This document shows positions 28,523 to 38,575 of a stretch of DNA of 64,000 nt, piece after piece. Origin of the DNA: Aquificaceae bacterium (GTDB lineage: Bacteria; Aquificota; Aquificia; Aquificales; Aquificaceae). Location: the NCBI GenBank assembly GCA_039630345.1, contig JBCNVD010000008.1, positions 1 to 64,000 on the forward strand, read 5' to 3'. The notes under the pieces were generated by a model. That model had not been told where the DNA came from, did not search any database, and saw only the letters and a program-made list of their open reading frames with translations. The translations under genes were made by a program, and so were the position numbers. Each line of letters starts with the position of its first letter. Within the stretch, counting starts at the first letter, position 1.

Positions 28523-29730
28523 TTGGGCTTTTTATAGCAAGTGCGTTTTTTGTATTGCTTCAGGGGCTTTTTGCCGGCAGTGAGATAGCGCTAGTGAGTG
28601 CAGATAAGGCAAGACTAAGTATCCAGAGCAAAAGACAGGGATATGACTTTTTAAAAGCTTTTCTGGAAAAGCCAGAGGAGTTTGTCACCCTTACTATGCT
28701 TGGTTATAGCATCTCAATAGCGCTTGCATCCACTTTTTACACCCTTGGGGTTTATCATCTTTCACAAAACTTTGAGTTTCTAAAGGGTTTTGAGCTTTTA
28801 CTATCAGCTACTCTTGTTATCTTTAGCGTTACTTTCGGCGAAGTTTTACCAAAGAGTGTTTTTAGACGCTATTGTGATAGACTTATTTTGCCTTCGGTTT
28901 TTATCCTTTCAGGTCTAAGGAGCACTCTTTCTCCTCTTCTTTCGGGTGTTATATACCTTAGCAATTGGATAGTAAGCACCCTTCGTCTCAGAGAAAAAAA
29001 TTCCATTAAATCAGAGGAGCTTATTGAGGTTTTAAAATCCTACTCCCAGGGCAGTCCTGATCTGGATGTTGCTTTTCAAATATGCAATATGCATTTTGTT
29101 AGCGTATCTCAAATAATGACACCTATGTATGAAGTGCCAATTGCAGAAGAGGGTTTTACTGTCAAACAGGCACAGGAGATTTTAAAAGACTTAAAGCGCG
29201 ACCTTTTGCTGGTTTATAGAGGCCGTATTGATGAACTTATTGGCTGGGTAAGACCTTTTGAGATGTCTCTTGAGGCTGATAGTAAAACCCTGAGAGAACT
29301 AAAAAAACCAGTAGCTTTTATATCGGAGTTTTCTTCAGTGGAGTGTTTATTTCAAGAGCTCTCAGCCAGACACGAGGTGGTTTTTATAGTAGTCGATGAG
29401 CGTGGTAATCCTCTTGGCATTCTTACCAGAGATAACATTTACGAATTTTTATTTTCCTTTTCGAGTATTCAGAAAGAGCCTGCCGAAATAATTCAGGTTT
29501 CCAAAGATAGATGGGTGATGAGTTCTGAAATCCACATAGACACGCTTGAGAGGTTGACCGGAATAAAAGTCCCCAAGGGTCCTTATTCTACTGTGGGTGG
29601 GTTTTTTATTTACTTTGCAGGCAGGATACCGGAAAAGGGACATCAGCTAAAGTTTGATAACTTTAGCCTGAGGGTTTTAAAAACAGCAGACAGAAGAATA
29701 ATTCAGCTGATGCTGGAGCGGTTAGTTTAA
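28513..29730 (+). CDS. CNNM/CorC (hemolysin-family) CBS-domain membrane protein
   Basis: FAGSEIALVS, FGEVLPK, VVDERG, CorC-type YSTVGG C-terminus. Confidence 0.88.
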   Translation: MEIVGLFIASAFFVLLQGLFAGSEIALVSADKARLSIQSKRQGYDFLKAFLEKPEEFVTLTMLGYSISIALASTFYTLGVYHLSQNFEFLKGFELLLSATLVIFSVTFGEVLPKSVFRRYCDRLILPSVFILSGLRSTLSPLLSGVIYLSNWIVSTLRLREKNSIKSEELIEVLKSYSQGSPDLDVAFQICNMHFVSVSQIMTPMYEVPIAEEGFTVKQAQEILKDLKRDLLLVYRGRIDELIGWVRPFEMSLEADSKTLRELKKPVAFISEFSSVECLFQELSARHEVVFIVVDERGNPLGILTRDNIYEFLFSFSSIQKEPAEIIQVSKDRWVMSSEIHIDTLERLTGIKVPKGPYSTVGGFFIYFAGRIPEKGHQLKFDNFSLRVLKTADRRIIQLMLERLV

Positions 29731-29741
29731 AATCTAAAGTA

Positions 29742-30383
29742 ATGGTAGGTTTTCTCCAACTTGCCGGCATTGCACTTGATGAATGTCGCTCCTGCGGGAA
29801 GAGATTTGTAGGAATTGGTCAGGGATATATCTGTAGCTCTTGCATACAGGAGATAAAGCCCCATACCCCCATTGACCGCGATCATAAGTTTGAGTTTATA
29901 AGCCAGTATTCTATCTTTGGGCTATACGAGGGTCCTTTAAAAACTGCTCTTTTGTCTCTCAAGTTTGAAGGCGCCAGATACCTTGCAAAAGTTATAGCAG
30001 AGCGCATAAAAGACCATTTCTGGGAGTTTGCATCGAGTGTTGAGCCAGATTTTGTGAGTTTTGCTCCTATAAACTTAAGAAGGTTGTGGGTTCGTGGTTT
30101 TAATCAGGTTGAGGAGATTCTTAAACACCTTGGCGTTCAGCCTGTTAAGCTCTTTAGTCGTAAAGACCTCAAAGGTCCGCTTGCGCGTTATGATGCATCG
30201 CAGAGACAGATGATAGTATCAGGTTTTAAACTAAGAGAAAATGTCATAGACTTAGTGGATGGAAAGAGGATTCTCCTGGTTGATGACATTCTAACCACGG
30301 GTGCCACCATTAACAAACTATCTGAGCTACTTATGTCCGCTGGAACTTCTGAAGTTTTTGCATACTTTATAGCAAAGGCGTAA
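29742..30383 (+). CDS. comF: ComF-family protein
   Basis: CxxC...CxxC zinc ribbon, RGFNQ, LLVDDILTTGAT. Confidence 0.9.
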   Translation: MVGFLQLAGIALDECRSCGKRFVGIGQGYICSSCIQEIKPHTPIDRDHKFEFISQYSIFGLYEGPLKTALLSLKFEGARYLAKVIAERIKDHFWEFASSVEPDFVSFAPINLRRLWVRGFNQVEEILKHLGVQPVKLFSRKDLKGPLARYDASQRQMIVSGFKLRENVIDLVDGKRILLVDDILTTGATINKLSELLMSAGTSEVFAYFIAKA

Positions 30384-30416
30384 AGCTGGTATAATCTCCC
30401 TTTCTGGAGGCAGTGA

Positions 30417-31982
30417 ATGGGCGATTTTGAAAAGCTCTTGCAGGAGACAACACCTCTTAGAGAGCTAAAGAGAGGAAATGTAGTAAGGTGCAAGGTTGTA
30501 AAGGTTGAAGACAAGCTAATTTATGTTGACCTTGGTTACAAGGTTGAGGGTATAATACCGCGCGAAGAACTCCCAGAGGTAAAGCCCGGCGATGAGATAA
30601 AGGCTGTCATATTGAAATTTAGCAGAGGTGGTTCCCCAATTCTCTCTTACAAAAAGTATATTGAAAGCAAGTTATACGCTCTCTTAAAGACGGCTAAAGA
30701 GAAAAACAAATTAATTACCGGAACTGTTTTATCCGCAGAGAAAGATGGATATTGGGTTGATATAAGTGGCTTGAGAGCCTTTTTGCCAGTTGCTGATGCC
30801 GCCAAAGGATTAAAGGTCGGCAAGAAAGTTGTTGCTAATGTCCAGGAACTCCAAGAAACAGGCAACGGTTTAGTAGTTAGGCTAAGTCAGAAGGAATACA
30901 TAAAATCTATTGAGAAAAAGCGAGCTGAAGAAGTAATTGAAAATATCAAAGTTGGAGACATACTGGAAGCAAAGGTTATAAAGGTAGACCCAGAAAAAGG
31001 TATCACCCTTCTAATAAAAGGAGCTCTCAGGGTTTTTGTGCCAGTAGAAGAAATAAGCTGGAACAAAAATGCCGATGTTTCAAGGCTGGTGAAGCTAGGT
31101 CAAAGATTAAATGTCAAGATAAAGAGAATACCAAAAGATAAGCAATTTGTTTTTGCAAGCATTAGAGAGACCCAAGAGCACCCCTGGGAGCGTGCAAAAA
31201 AGACCATCTACAAAGGTGCTACCCTGCAGGTAAAAGTTCTTGAACATCTTGAAAAAGGGCTTTTGCTGTCTGTTATGGAGGGCGTTGAGGGCTTTGTGCC
31301 AAAAGATGAAATCTCCTATGATGGCACTATTCCTCAGAAAGGTTCCAAGGTTAATGCTTTGGTGCTTGAGTTTGATCCAGAGCGAAGAAAGCTCGTTTTG
31401 AGCCTAAAGAGACTCTTACCAAAGCCTTGGGAAGAATACCTTAAGCTAAATCCGGCTGGCACAAGAATAAAAGGTAAAGTTTTCAAAATAGAGGGCTCAA
31501 AGGCGTTTGTTGAGCTAACCAGCGGGGTTCAGGGGGTGATTCAGCGGTCAGACATATCATGGATTAAGTCAGTCAAAATAGAGGATGTTCTGGAGCTTAA
31601 TAAAGAATACGAGTTTATGGTGCTGGGTCTTGATGGAAAGTATGTAAAACTCGGTGTTAAACAGCTAAGTGAAAACCCGCTCGACCTTATATTCAAAAAG
31701 TACAAAGTTGGCGATAAAGTTACTCTAAAAGTTAAAGCCATTCATAGCTTTGGGGCATTTTTGCAGTTTGAAGAGGGTTTAGATGGTCTTTTACCTATCT
31801 CGGAAATTCCAAAAGGCACAAAGCTCCAGGAAAAGCAAGAGGTTGAGGTAAGGATAATAGAGCTAAGTCAGGAGAAAATCACTCTCAGTATGAAAGAAGC
31901 AGAGCCCCAGGAAGAAACTAGCACATCTTCTGGGGACAAAGGCTTTACTCTTGGCGACCTGTTTAAGAAGATAAAAATATGA
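30417..31982 (+). CDS. rpsA: 30S ribosomal protein S1
   Basis: Multiple S1 OB repeats, C-terminal FTLGDL; TATAAT and GGAGG upstream. Confidence 0.88.
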   Translation: MGDFEKLLQETTPLRELKRGNVVRCKVVKVEDKLIYVDLGYKVEGIIPREELPEVKPGDEIKAVILKFSRGGSPILSYKKYIESKLYALLKTAKEKNKLITGTVLSAEKDGYWVDISGLRAFLPVADAAKGLKVGKKVVANVQELQETGNGLVVRLSQKEYIKSIEKKRAEEVIENIKVGDILEAKVIKVDPEKGITLLIKGALRVFVPVEEISWNKNADVSRLVKLGQRLNVKIKRIPKDKQFVFASIRETQEHPWERAKKTIYKGATLQVKVLEHLEKGLLLSVMEGVEGFVPKDEISYDGTIPQKGSKVNALVLEFDPERRKLVLSLKRLLPKPWEEYLKLNPAGTRIKGKVFKIEGSKAFVELTSGVQGVIQRSDISWIKSVKIEDVLELNKEYEFMVLGLDGKYVKLGVKQLSENPLDLIFKKYKVGDKVTLKVKAIHSFGAFLQFEEGLDGLLPISEIPKGTKLQEKQEVEVRIIELSQEKITLSMKEAEPQEETSTSSGDKGFTLGDLFKKIKI

Positions 31983-32227
31983 AAAAAGAAATCCTCCTGG
32001 AGAGGATTTGTGAAAGGACGAATATTTCCAAATCAAGAGCCAACCAGATGGCTAACTTTATACTCATAAAAATTAAAGATGCGCTTCATGAGAGAAATGC
32101 TGTAAAGCTGGCTGGTTTTGGGAGTTTTCGCATAAAGACAAACGGCAGTTATTACAGGGTTTCTTTTAAACCAAGCAGGATGCTTCTTGTTAGGTTGAAC
32201 TCTGAAAGTAAGGCAAATAAAATCTGA
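31979..32227 (+). CDS. HU/IHF-family DNA-binding protein (short arm)
   Basis: VKLAGFGSF, VSFKPS. Confidence 0.8.
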   Translation: MKKEILLERICERTNISKSRANQMANFILIKIKDALHERNAVKLAGFGSFRIKTNGSYYRVSFKPSRMLLVRLNSESKANKI

Positions 32228-32235
32228 TAGTCAAA

Positions 32236-32308
32236 CGGGGTGTGGCGCAGGCGGTAGCGCGCTGGCATGGGGGGCCAGAGGTCACGGGTTCAAGTCCCGT
32301 CACCCCGA
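32236..32308 (+). tRNA. tRNA-Pro(GGG), no encoded CCA
   Basis: Acceptor CGGGGTG/CACCCCG, anticodon arm CTGGC-ATGGGGG-GCCAG, T arm GGTTCAAGTCC. Confidence 0.95.
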
Positions 32309-32337
32309 GTTATGATTATTTTAAAGGAGGACATTAA

Positions 32338-32610
32338 ATGGCTTTGCCAAAAGAGGTTAAGCAGAGAATTATCGAGACTTTTAGAAAGCACGAGCGAGAT
32401 ACTGGCTCAAGTGAGACGCAAATTGCCCTGCTTACTGAAAGGATAGCAAGACTTACAGAGCATTTAAAGAAAAACAAGAAAGATATTCACTCAAGGCGCG
32501 GACTTATTGCAATAATTCACGCAAGGAGAAAACATCTTGAATACTTAAAGAGGCGGGACTATCAGAGCTATTTGAACATAGTAAAGCGACTTAATCTAAA
32601 GGTTAAGTGA
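32338..32610 (+). CDS. rpsO: 30S ribosomal protein S15
   Basis: DTGSSETQIALLT, HLKKNKKDIHSRRGL; AAGGAGG SD. Confidence 0.97.
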   Translation: MALPKEVKQRIIETFRKHERDTGSSETQIALLTERIARLTEHLKKNKKDIHSRRGLIAIIHARRKHLEYLKRRDYQSYLNIVKRLNLKVK

Positions 32611-34667
32611 TGAAGAGGAGTTTCAGAATTGCAAACTCCACGATAGAAGTGGAGGTCGGTCAACTTGCAAAGCTCGCGGACGGCTCAGTTGTCGTAAAGC
32701 AGGGGGATACTGCTGTTTTGGTAACAGCGGTGGTTTCGCAAGAACCCTCCAGCGGTGTGGACTTTGTTCCCCTTACAGTTGATTATAGAGAGCAGTCATC
32801 CTCCTGGGGTAAAATTCCGGGTGGTTTTGTAAAGCGCGAGGGTAAACCAACCGATAGGGAAGTTCTGGTATCAAGACTTATAGACAGACCTATAAGACCT
32901 CTTTTTCCCGAGGGGTTTTTTAACGAGGTTGTTATCACTGCGCTTTTACTTTCGGCGGACGATAAATTCGACCCTGATGTGCTTTGTATAACCGGTGCCT
33001 CTTTGGCTCTTGAGATTTCAAAAATACCTTTTGAAGGTCCTGTTGCGGGAGTAAGGGTTTGTCAGGTTGATGGGCAGTTTGTTGCAAATCCGACATATCA
33101 GGAGAGACAGAGAGCGACCCTTGATATGGTAATTGCCGCAAGTTTTGACTCTATCATTATGGTCGAAGGGGGCTCAAAGGAAGTTTCAGAAGAGACCCTT
33201 CTTTCTGCTCTATCTTTCGGTCACGAAGCTGTGAGGGAATGTCTTGAGGTTCAAAAAGAGATTAGCAGGGAAATTGGCGCTCAAAAAATGACATTTGAGA
33301 GTATTGAGCTGGATAGAGAAATTCAGGAGAGGCTAATTAATAGCTGTGAAAGTGCAATACTGGAATCTATGCAAATTTCTGATAAAAAAGAGAGAAAAGC
33401 TGTTGCTGCAAACGCATTAAAGGCGTTTCTTGACAGTATTGACCAGAGCCTGCACTTCAAAGCCACATATCAGTTTAAAAAACTATCAAGCCAGCTGATG
33501 CGCCAGCAGATACTCAAAACCCGCAAAAGAATAGACGGGCGCTCTCCAGAGGAGATAAGACCTATTGAGATCAAAATACACCCCTTTGAAAGACCGCATG
33601 GAAGTGCAATCTTTACCCGTGGGCAGACCCAGGCTTTTGCAACTGCTACTTTAGGCTCTCCTGAAGAGGCTCAAATGGTAGAGAGCATACACGAAGGCGA
33701 GACCGCAAAGCGCTTTATGCTCCATTATAACTTTCCGCCTTTTTCTTCAGGGGAAGCAAAGCCATGGGGTCCACCAAGGCGCAGGGAGATAGGTCATGGA
33801 GCTCTTGCAGAGCGAGCTCTTGAGCCTTTGATTCCACCTGAGTCTGAGTTCCCATACATAATAAGGGTCGTTTCAAATATCCTTGAGTCAAATGGCTCTA
33901 CTTCTATGGCTACTGTTTGTGCTGGCTCTTTGGCGCTATTTGATGCGGGAGTGCCTCTAAAGCGCCATGTTGCGGGTATTGCGATGGGTCTTATTATCCA
34001 GGGGGATGATTTTGTTGTTCTTTCGGATATTTTAGGGGACGAAGACCAGCTTGGGGATATGGATTTTAAAGTTGCAGGGACAGAAGTTGGCATAACGAGT
34101 TTTCAGATGGATATAAAAGTCAAAGGGGTAACAAAGGAGATACTAAAAAGAGCTCTAATGCAGGCAAGAGATGGAAGGCTTCACATAATAGAGCTTATGA
34201 AAGCCGCTATTTCAAAGCCCAGAGAGCAGGTATCTCAATATGCGCCCATTATAGAGCAAATGATTATTCCAGAAGATAAAGCCACTGTGGTTATAGGACC
34301 GGGTGGTAAAAACGTAAAAGACTTTCGTGATAGACTCGGGGTTTCTGTCTGGATTCACGAAGGTGGCAGGGTTACTCTTACATCAACCAATAGAGAAGCT
34401 ATCTCAAAGGTTCGTAGCATCATAGAGTCGCTTACTTTAGACCTTGAGATCGGAAAAATCTATGTAGGCAAAGTTACCAGGGTTGAACCCTATGGGGTTT
34501 TTGTAGAGGTCTTGCCCGGCAAGGTTGGGCTTTTGCACATTAGCAAGATAGACGGCGGTATAAAAGACGCAAGGGGCAGATTCAATGTCGGTGATGAGTT
34601 GCCAGTAAGAGTCATTGAAGTAGACGACCAGGGCAGGGCAAAACTTGCCGGCGTAGCTCAGAGGTAG
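32607..34667 (+). CDS. pnp: Polyribonucleotide nucleotidyltransferase
   Basis: RLIDRPIRPLF, RREIGHG, ESNGSTSMA, GDMDFKVAG, KH and S1 domains. Confidence 0.97.
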   Translation: MMKRSFRIANSTIEVEVGQLAKLADGSVVVKQGDTAVLVTAVVSQEPSSGVDFVPLTVDYREQSSSWGKIPGGFVKREGKPTDREVLVSRLIDRPIRPLFPEGFFNEVVITALLLSADDKFDPDVLCITGASLALEISKIPFEGPVAGVRVCQVDGQFVANPTYQERQRATLDMVIAASFDSIIMVEGGSKEVSEETLLSALSFGHEAVRECLEVQKEISREIGAQKMTFESIELDREIQERLINSCESAILESMQISDKKERKAVAANALKAFLDSIDQSLHFKATYQFKKLSSQLMRQQILKTRKRIDGRSPEEIRPIEIKIHPFERPHGSAIFTRGQTQAFATATLGSPEEAQMVESIHEGETAKRFMLHYNFPPFSSGEAKPWGPPRRREIGHGALAERALEPLIPPESEFPYIIRVVSNILESNGSTSMATVCAGSLALFDAGVPLKRHVAGIAMGLIIQGDDFVVLSDILGDEDQLGDMDFKVAGTEVGITSFQMDIKVKGVTKEILKRALMQARDGRLHIIELMKAAISKPREQVSQYAPIIEQMIIPEDKATVVIGPGGKNVKDFRDRLGVSVWIHEGGRVTLTSTNREAISKVRSIIESLTLDLEIGKIYVGKVTRVEPYGVFVEVLPGKVGLLHISKIDGGIKDARGRFNVGDELPVRVIEVDDQGRAKLAGVAQR

Positions 34668-34718
34668 AGCGAGGCACTCGTAATGCCTAGGTCGTGGGTT
34701 CAAGTCCCACCGCCGGCT
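34647..34718 (+). tRNA. tRNA-Thr(CGT), no encoded CCA; overlaps the last 21 nt of pnp
   Basis: Acceptor GCCGGCG/CGCCGGC, anticodon arm AGGCA-CTCGTAA-TGCCT, T arm GGTTCAAGTCC. Confidence 0.95.
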
Positions 34719-34726
34719 AAAAGAAG

Positions 34727-35170
34727 ATGATAGTAAAGCTTAAAAGACTTCCGCACTCAGAGGGTTTGCCAGTTCCGAGTTATCAAACGCCTCTCTCTTC
34801 CGGGGTTGATCTATTCTGTGCCTTTTATGAGCCTGTTTGTATAAAGCCCATGCAGAGGATTTTGGTGCCAACAGGGATTGCAATAGAGCTTCCTGAGGGT
34901 CTTGAGGCTCAGGTTCGCCCGCGGAGCGGCCTTGCTCTAAAGCATGGCATTACCATTCTAAATTCCCCAGGGACGATAGATGCAGACTACAGAGGCGAGA
35001 TAAAGCTGATTTTAATTAATTTGGGTGAAGAAAACTTTACCATATCAAGAGGGCAAAGACTTGCCCAGCTGGTTTTTTGCACTGTATTAAGGGTTAGGTT
35101 TGAGATAGCAGACGAACTTTCGCAAACTCAAAGGGGTGAAGGGGGTTTTGGGTCCACAGGTGAGAGTTGA
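34727..35170 (+). CDS. dut: dUTP diphosphatase
   Basis: SGVDL, RPRSGLA, PGTIDADYRGE, RGEGGFGSTG. Confidence 0.97.
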   Translation: MIVKLKRLPHSEGLPVPSYQTPLSSGVDLFCAFYEPVCIKPMQRILVPTGIAIELPEGLEAQVRPRSGLALKHGITILNSPGTIDADYRGEIKLILINLGEENFTISRGQRLAQLVFCTVLRVRFEIADELSQTQRGEGGFGSTGES

Positions 35171-36167
35171 AGAGTTTGACTTTGATTTGCCTCAGGAGCT
35201 AATTGCTAAAAAGCCAGTCTATCCCAGGGATAGCTGTAGATTGATGGTGGTTTCTAGAAAAGATAGTTCTATAAAACATGCTGTTTTTAATCAGCTACCT
35301 GAGTTTTTAAATAGAGGAGACATTCTGGTTTTTAACGACACTAAAGTAATACCTGCCAGGTTTTTTGCCACAAAACCAACAGGTGGCAGGGCAGAAGTTC
35401 TCCTGACTGATTTTATAAAAGACGGTGTTTGGCACGCTCTTGTTGGGGGAAAGGGTATAAAAGAGGGTTTATCTCTGCGCGTAGCGCAGGATTTTAGTAT
35501 TTTGATAAAAAAACATCTGGAAGGACCTAAGTTTGAGGTCGAGATAATTTCTAAGAAGGCGTTTTTCGAGGCTATAGAGCTCTATGGCAGGCTTCCCCTT
35601 CCGCCTTACATTCAGAGAGAGGAAGAGCCCTCAGATAAGGAGGATTATCAGAGTATTTTCGCTAAGGTGCCCGGTTCTGTGGCTGCGCCGACAGCTTCGC
35701 TCCATTTTTCAGAGTCTTTGCTTGATGCTTTGCTAGAAAGAGACATAAAGACGGCTTTTGTGACGCTTCATATATCTTATGGGACTTTTAAGCCGGTGAA
35801 AGTTAAGGAAGTAAAAGACCACAGGGTTGATGAGGAGTTTGTCATAGTACCGGAGGAAACATCTAGGCTGTTAAAAAACACCAAAGCCCAGGGTGGACGC
35901 ATAATAGCAGTTGGAACAACTGTGGCTAGAGCTCTTGAGACTGCAGGATTTGAGAGTTTCATTGGCAGGACTGGATTATATATATATCCCGGCTATAAAT
36001 TCAGGGTTGTTGATGCTCTTATTACTAACTTCCATCTGCCAAGGTCTTCGCTCCTTTTCCTGGTGAGTGCATTTGGAGGCAAGGAATTGATTATGAGAGC
36101 TTATGAAATTGCCATAAAGGAGCGTTATAGATTTTACTCCTTTGGTGACGCAATGCTTATACTTTAA
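35160..36167 (+). CDS. queA: SAM:tRNA ribosyltransferase-isomerase
   Basis: FDFDLP, NDTKVIPAR, PLPPYI, AAPTA, TNFHLP, YRFYSFGDAM; start re-assigned to GTG 35160. Confidence 0.96.
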   Translation: MRVEEFDFDLPQELIAKKPVYPRDSCRLMVVSRKDSSIKHAVFNQLPEFLNRGDILVFNDTKVIPARFFATKPTGGRAEVLLTDFIKDGVWHALVGGKGIKEGLSLRVAQDFSILIKKHLEGPKFEVEIISKKAFFEAIELYGRLPLPPYIQREEEPSDKEDYQSIFAKVPGSVAAPTASLHFSESLLDALLERDIKTAFVTLHISYGTFKPVKVKEVKDHRVDEEFVIVPEETSRLLKNTKAQGGRIIAVGTTVARALETAGFESFIGRTGLYIYPGYKFRVVDALITNFHLPRSSLLFLVSAFGGKELIMRAYEIAIKERYRFYSFGDAMLIL

Positions 36168-36172
36168 AAGAG

Positions 36173-36955
36173 ATGAAAGCCATTTTTGTATTGCTTGTTT
36201 TAAGCTTCTGTTATGGGTTTTTCAGTATAGTCTCTCAAGAGCAAGAGATTCAGATAGGTAAAAGAGAGCTCCCTGTGGTTATGTCCAGCCTTGGTGGTCC
36301 TTTTCCGGATGAGAGGGTTCAGATGTATGTAAGAGAGGTTGGTATGAATCTGGCGAAGAATACCCCAAGGAAACTACCGTATGAATTCTATGTAGCAAAC
36401 AGCACGAAAGTTAACGCTTTTGCATTGCCTGGTGGACCTATTGTTATAACAAGAGGACTGCTCGCAAATTTAAAAACTGAGAGCGAGCTTGCAGCCGTTA
36501 TAGCTCATGAGCTTGGGCATATAAATGCCCGTCATCACGCAAAGTTTTTAGAGCGTCAGATAGGCATTAATGTGGCTATAGGGATAGGTTCTATAGTAGC
36601 GGGCGATAGCAAAATCGGACAAATAGCCATTCAGGCAGGTCAGATAGGGGCTCAGCTCCTTACCCTTAAATACAGCAGAGAGCAGGAAATAGAGGCAGAT
36701 AGACTTGCCATAGATTATATGCGAGCAAGTAATTACGACCCTAATGGTCTTATAAGAGTTTTTGAAACTCTAAAGTCTATGGAGAGGTATTCTCCTCCCG
36801 AATGGCTCTCTACCCATCCGCTTACACAAAACAGGATAAGAGTTGCAACTCAGTATATGAATCAGCAACCACTATCAGGGCAGCTTATCTCTGATAGCGA
36901 GGAATTTCAAAGAATAAGATCAATTATTTTAAGGAGCTTAGGTGGAAGATTTTAA
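36173..36955 (+). CDS. M48-family metallopeptidase (BepA/LoiP-like)
   Basis: NAFALPGG, HELGH, YSREQEIEAD, LSTHP. Confidence 0.92.
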   Translation: MKAIFVLLVLSFCYGFFSIVSQEQEIQIGKRELPVVMSSLGGPFPDERVQMYVREVGMNLAKNTPRKLPYEFYVANSTKVNAFALPGGPIVITRGLLANLKTESELAAVIAHELGHINARHHAKFLERQIGINVAIGIGSIVAGDSKIGQIAIQAGQIGAQLLTLKYSREQEIEADRLAIDYMRASNYDPNGLIRVFETLKSMERYSPPEWLSTHPLTQNRIRVATQYMNQQPLSGQLISDSEEFQRIRSIILRSLGGRF

Positions 36956-38075
36956 CAAAGTTCTTATGGGAACCGGATTTGCGGGGCTAAAAGAGTCTGG
37001 CAGGGATATTCTGGTTGTTTACTTAAAAGAGTCAAGGCCTGCCTCAATACTTTTTACAAAAAACCACGTAAAATCCCAGAGCGTAATTTATACGATGCAA
37101 AACTTCTCTGGGGTCTTAAGAGCTTTTGTCGTAAATAGCGGAAATGCGAATTGTGCCGTTGGAGAGATAGGTTTTGAGCATGCCAGGGCGATGGCTGATC
37201 GGGTTGCCAAAAACTTAAAAATCCCGCGTGAGGAAGTTGCGGTTTTTTCAACGGGAATAATAGGAAAACAACTCGCTATTGACAGAGTCCTAAGTGCTAT
37301 AGATGACGCCTGTTTTTCTTTAAAAGCTCTTGATTTAAAACTCGCAAGCGAAACAATATCAACTACTGATAGATTTCCCAAGCTACATGCGATTTACAGA
37401 AACGGGATTTATGCATGTGGTTTTGCCAAAGGGGCAGGGATGATAAATCCAAACATGGCAACGATGCTGTCTTTTATGTTTTTAGATGCCACTACAGACA
37501 GGCTAAAAGAAATCCATACTCAGACAAATGAAGAGAGTTTTAACTCAATAACTGTCGATGGATGCATGAGTACAAATGACTGTTCTTTGCTTGTATCCAC
37601 ATCTCAGAAGGTTGCGCAGGATTCTCTTTTGATGGACCTTGTGAGGGAGCTAAGTTTAACTCTTGCCAAGATGATAGTCCTTGACGGAGAGGGAGCAACG
37701 AAGATAATAAAAATCTCAGTCCTCAACGCAAGCTCAAGGCAGAGGGCAAAAGCCCTTGCTTCTTTGGTTGCTAATTCAAACCTTGTTAAGACAGCAATTT
37801 ATGGACTTGACCCAAACTGGGGCAGGATAGTTGCAGCTCTTGGCTCTGGGGAAGAGCCAGTTGACATTAACAAAATCAGTATAAAAATCGGGAAATACGC
37901 TATATTTGATAAAGAGCCTCTTGAACCTAATTTAGATGAGATTGCGGATTATCTTAAACTTAGCAAAGAAGTCTCTATATCCATAGACTTAAATGAAGGT
38001 CAGCATAGCTGGAGCGTCTATAGCTCTGATTTAACCCCAGAGTATGTAAATTTAAATGCGAGGTATTCAACATGA
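36942..38075 (+). CDS. argJ: Ornithine acetyltransferase ArgJ
   Basis: NSGNAN, STGIIG, KGAGMINPNMATML, DGEGATK, DPNWGRI. Confidence 0.95.
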   Translation: MEDFNKVLMGTGFAGLKESGRDILVVYLKESRPASILFTKNHVKSQSVIYTMQNFSGVLRAFVVNSGNANCAVGEIGFEHARAMADRVAKNLKIPREEVAVFSTGIIGKQLAIDRVLSAIDDACFSLKALDLKLASETISTTDRFPKLHAIYRNGIYACGFAKGAGMINPNMATMLSFMFLDATTDRLKEIHTQTNEESFNSITVDGCMSTNDCSLLVSTSQKVAQDSLLMDLVRELSLTLAKMIVLDGEGATKIIKISVLNASSRQRAKALASLVANSNLVKTAIYGLDPNWGRIVAALGSGEEPVDINKISIKIGKYAIFDKEPLEPNLDEIADYLKLSKEVSISIDLNEGQHSWSVYSSDLTPEYVNLNARYST

Positions 38076-38557
38076 AAAAAAACCTAAAGTATATCCTACT
38101 TGGTCTTATGTTTGGCGCTTTTATGTATTTTGCCCTCAAACCATCTGAACAGCCAGCGAATATAGAAATCAAAGACTATGCATTTCTTACCCAGGATGGC
38201 AAGGTGCTAAGGCTGTCTGATTTTAGAGGGAAGGTAGTTTTATTAAATTTCTGGGCTACATGGTGTCCGCCCTGCAAGGAGGAAATGCCTATATTCGAGC
38301 AAGAGTATAAAAGATGCAAAGAAAAAGGCTTTGAAATCCTGGCAGTTAACCTCGATAGCTCACAAAGCGCTCTTGAGTCCTATCTTCGTGAAAACAAACA
38401 CAGCTTTTTAATACTAAGACCCTATGCTCAAACTGAATATCCAGTCAGTGGCTTTCCAACCTCATACCTTATAGACAGAGAGGGCAAAGTCTTCAAGGTA
38501 AAACTTGGGATATATAGAGAGCTTGGAAAGGATTTGAATGCTTTGCTTGATTGCTAG
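38072..38557 (+). CDS. TlpA/ResA-family thiol-disulfide oxidoreductase
   Basis: N-terminal TM, NFWATWCPPC, FPTSYLIDREG. Confidence 0.92.
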   Translation: MKKNLKYILLGLMFGAFMYFALKPSEQPANIEIKDYAFLTQDGKVLRLSDFRGKVVLLNFWATWCPPCKEEMPIFEQEYKRCKEKGFEILAVNLDSSQSALESYLRENKHSFLILRPYAQTEYPVSGFPTSYLIDREGKVFKVKLGIYRELGKDLNALLDC

Positions 38558-38560
38558 AGA

Positions 38561-38575
38561 TGTTATAATATCCTT
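38561..38575 (+). promoter_or_regulatory. Extended -10 promoter (TGnTATAAT) 6 nt upstream of rpmI ATG; leaderless candidate
   Basis: TGTTATAAT-ATCCTT-ATG with no SD. Confidence 0.65.

Noticed and set aside
34437..34703. 88-aa minus-strand ORF
   Set aside because: Antisense shadow of tRNA-Thr and the pnp end
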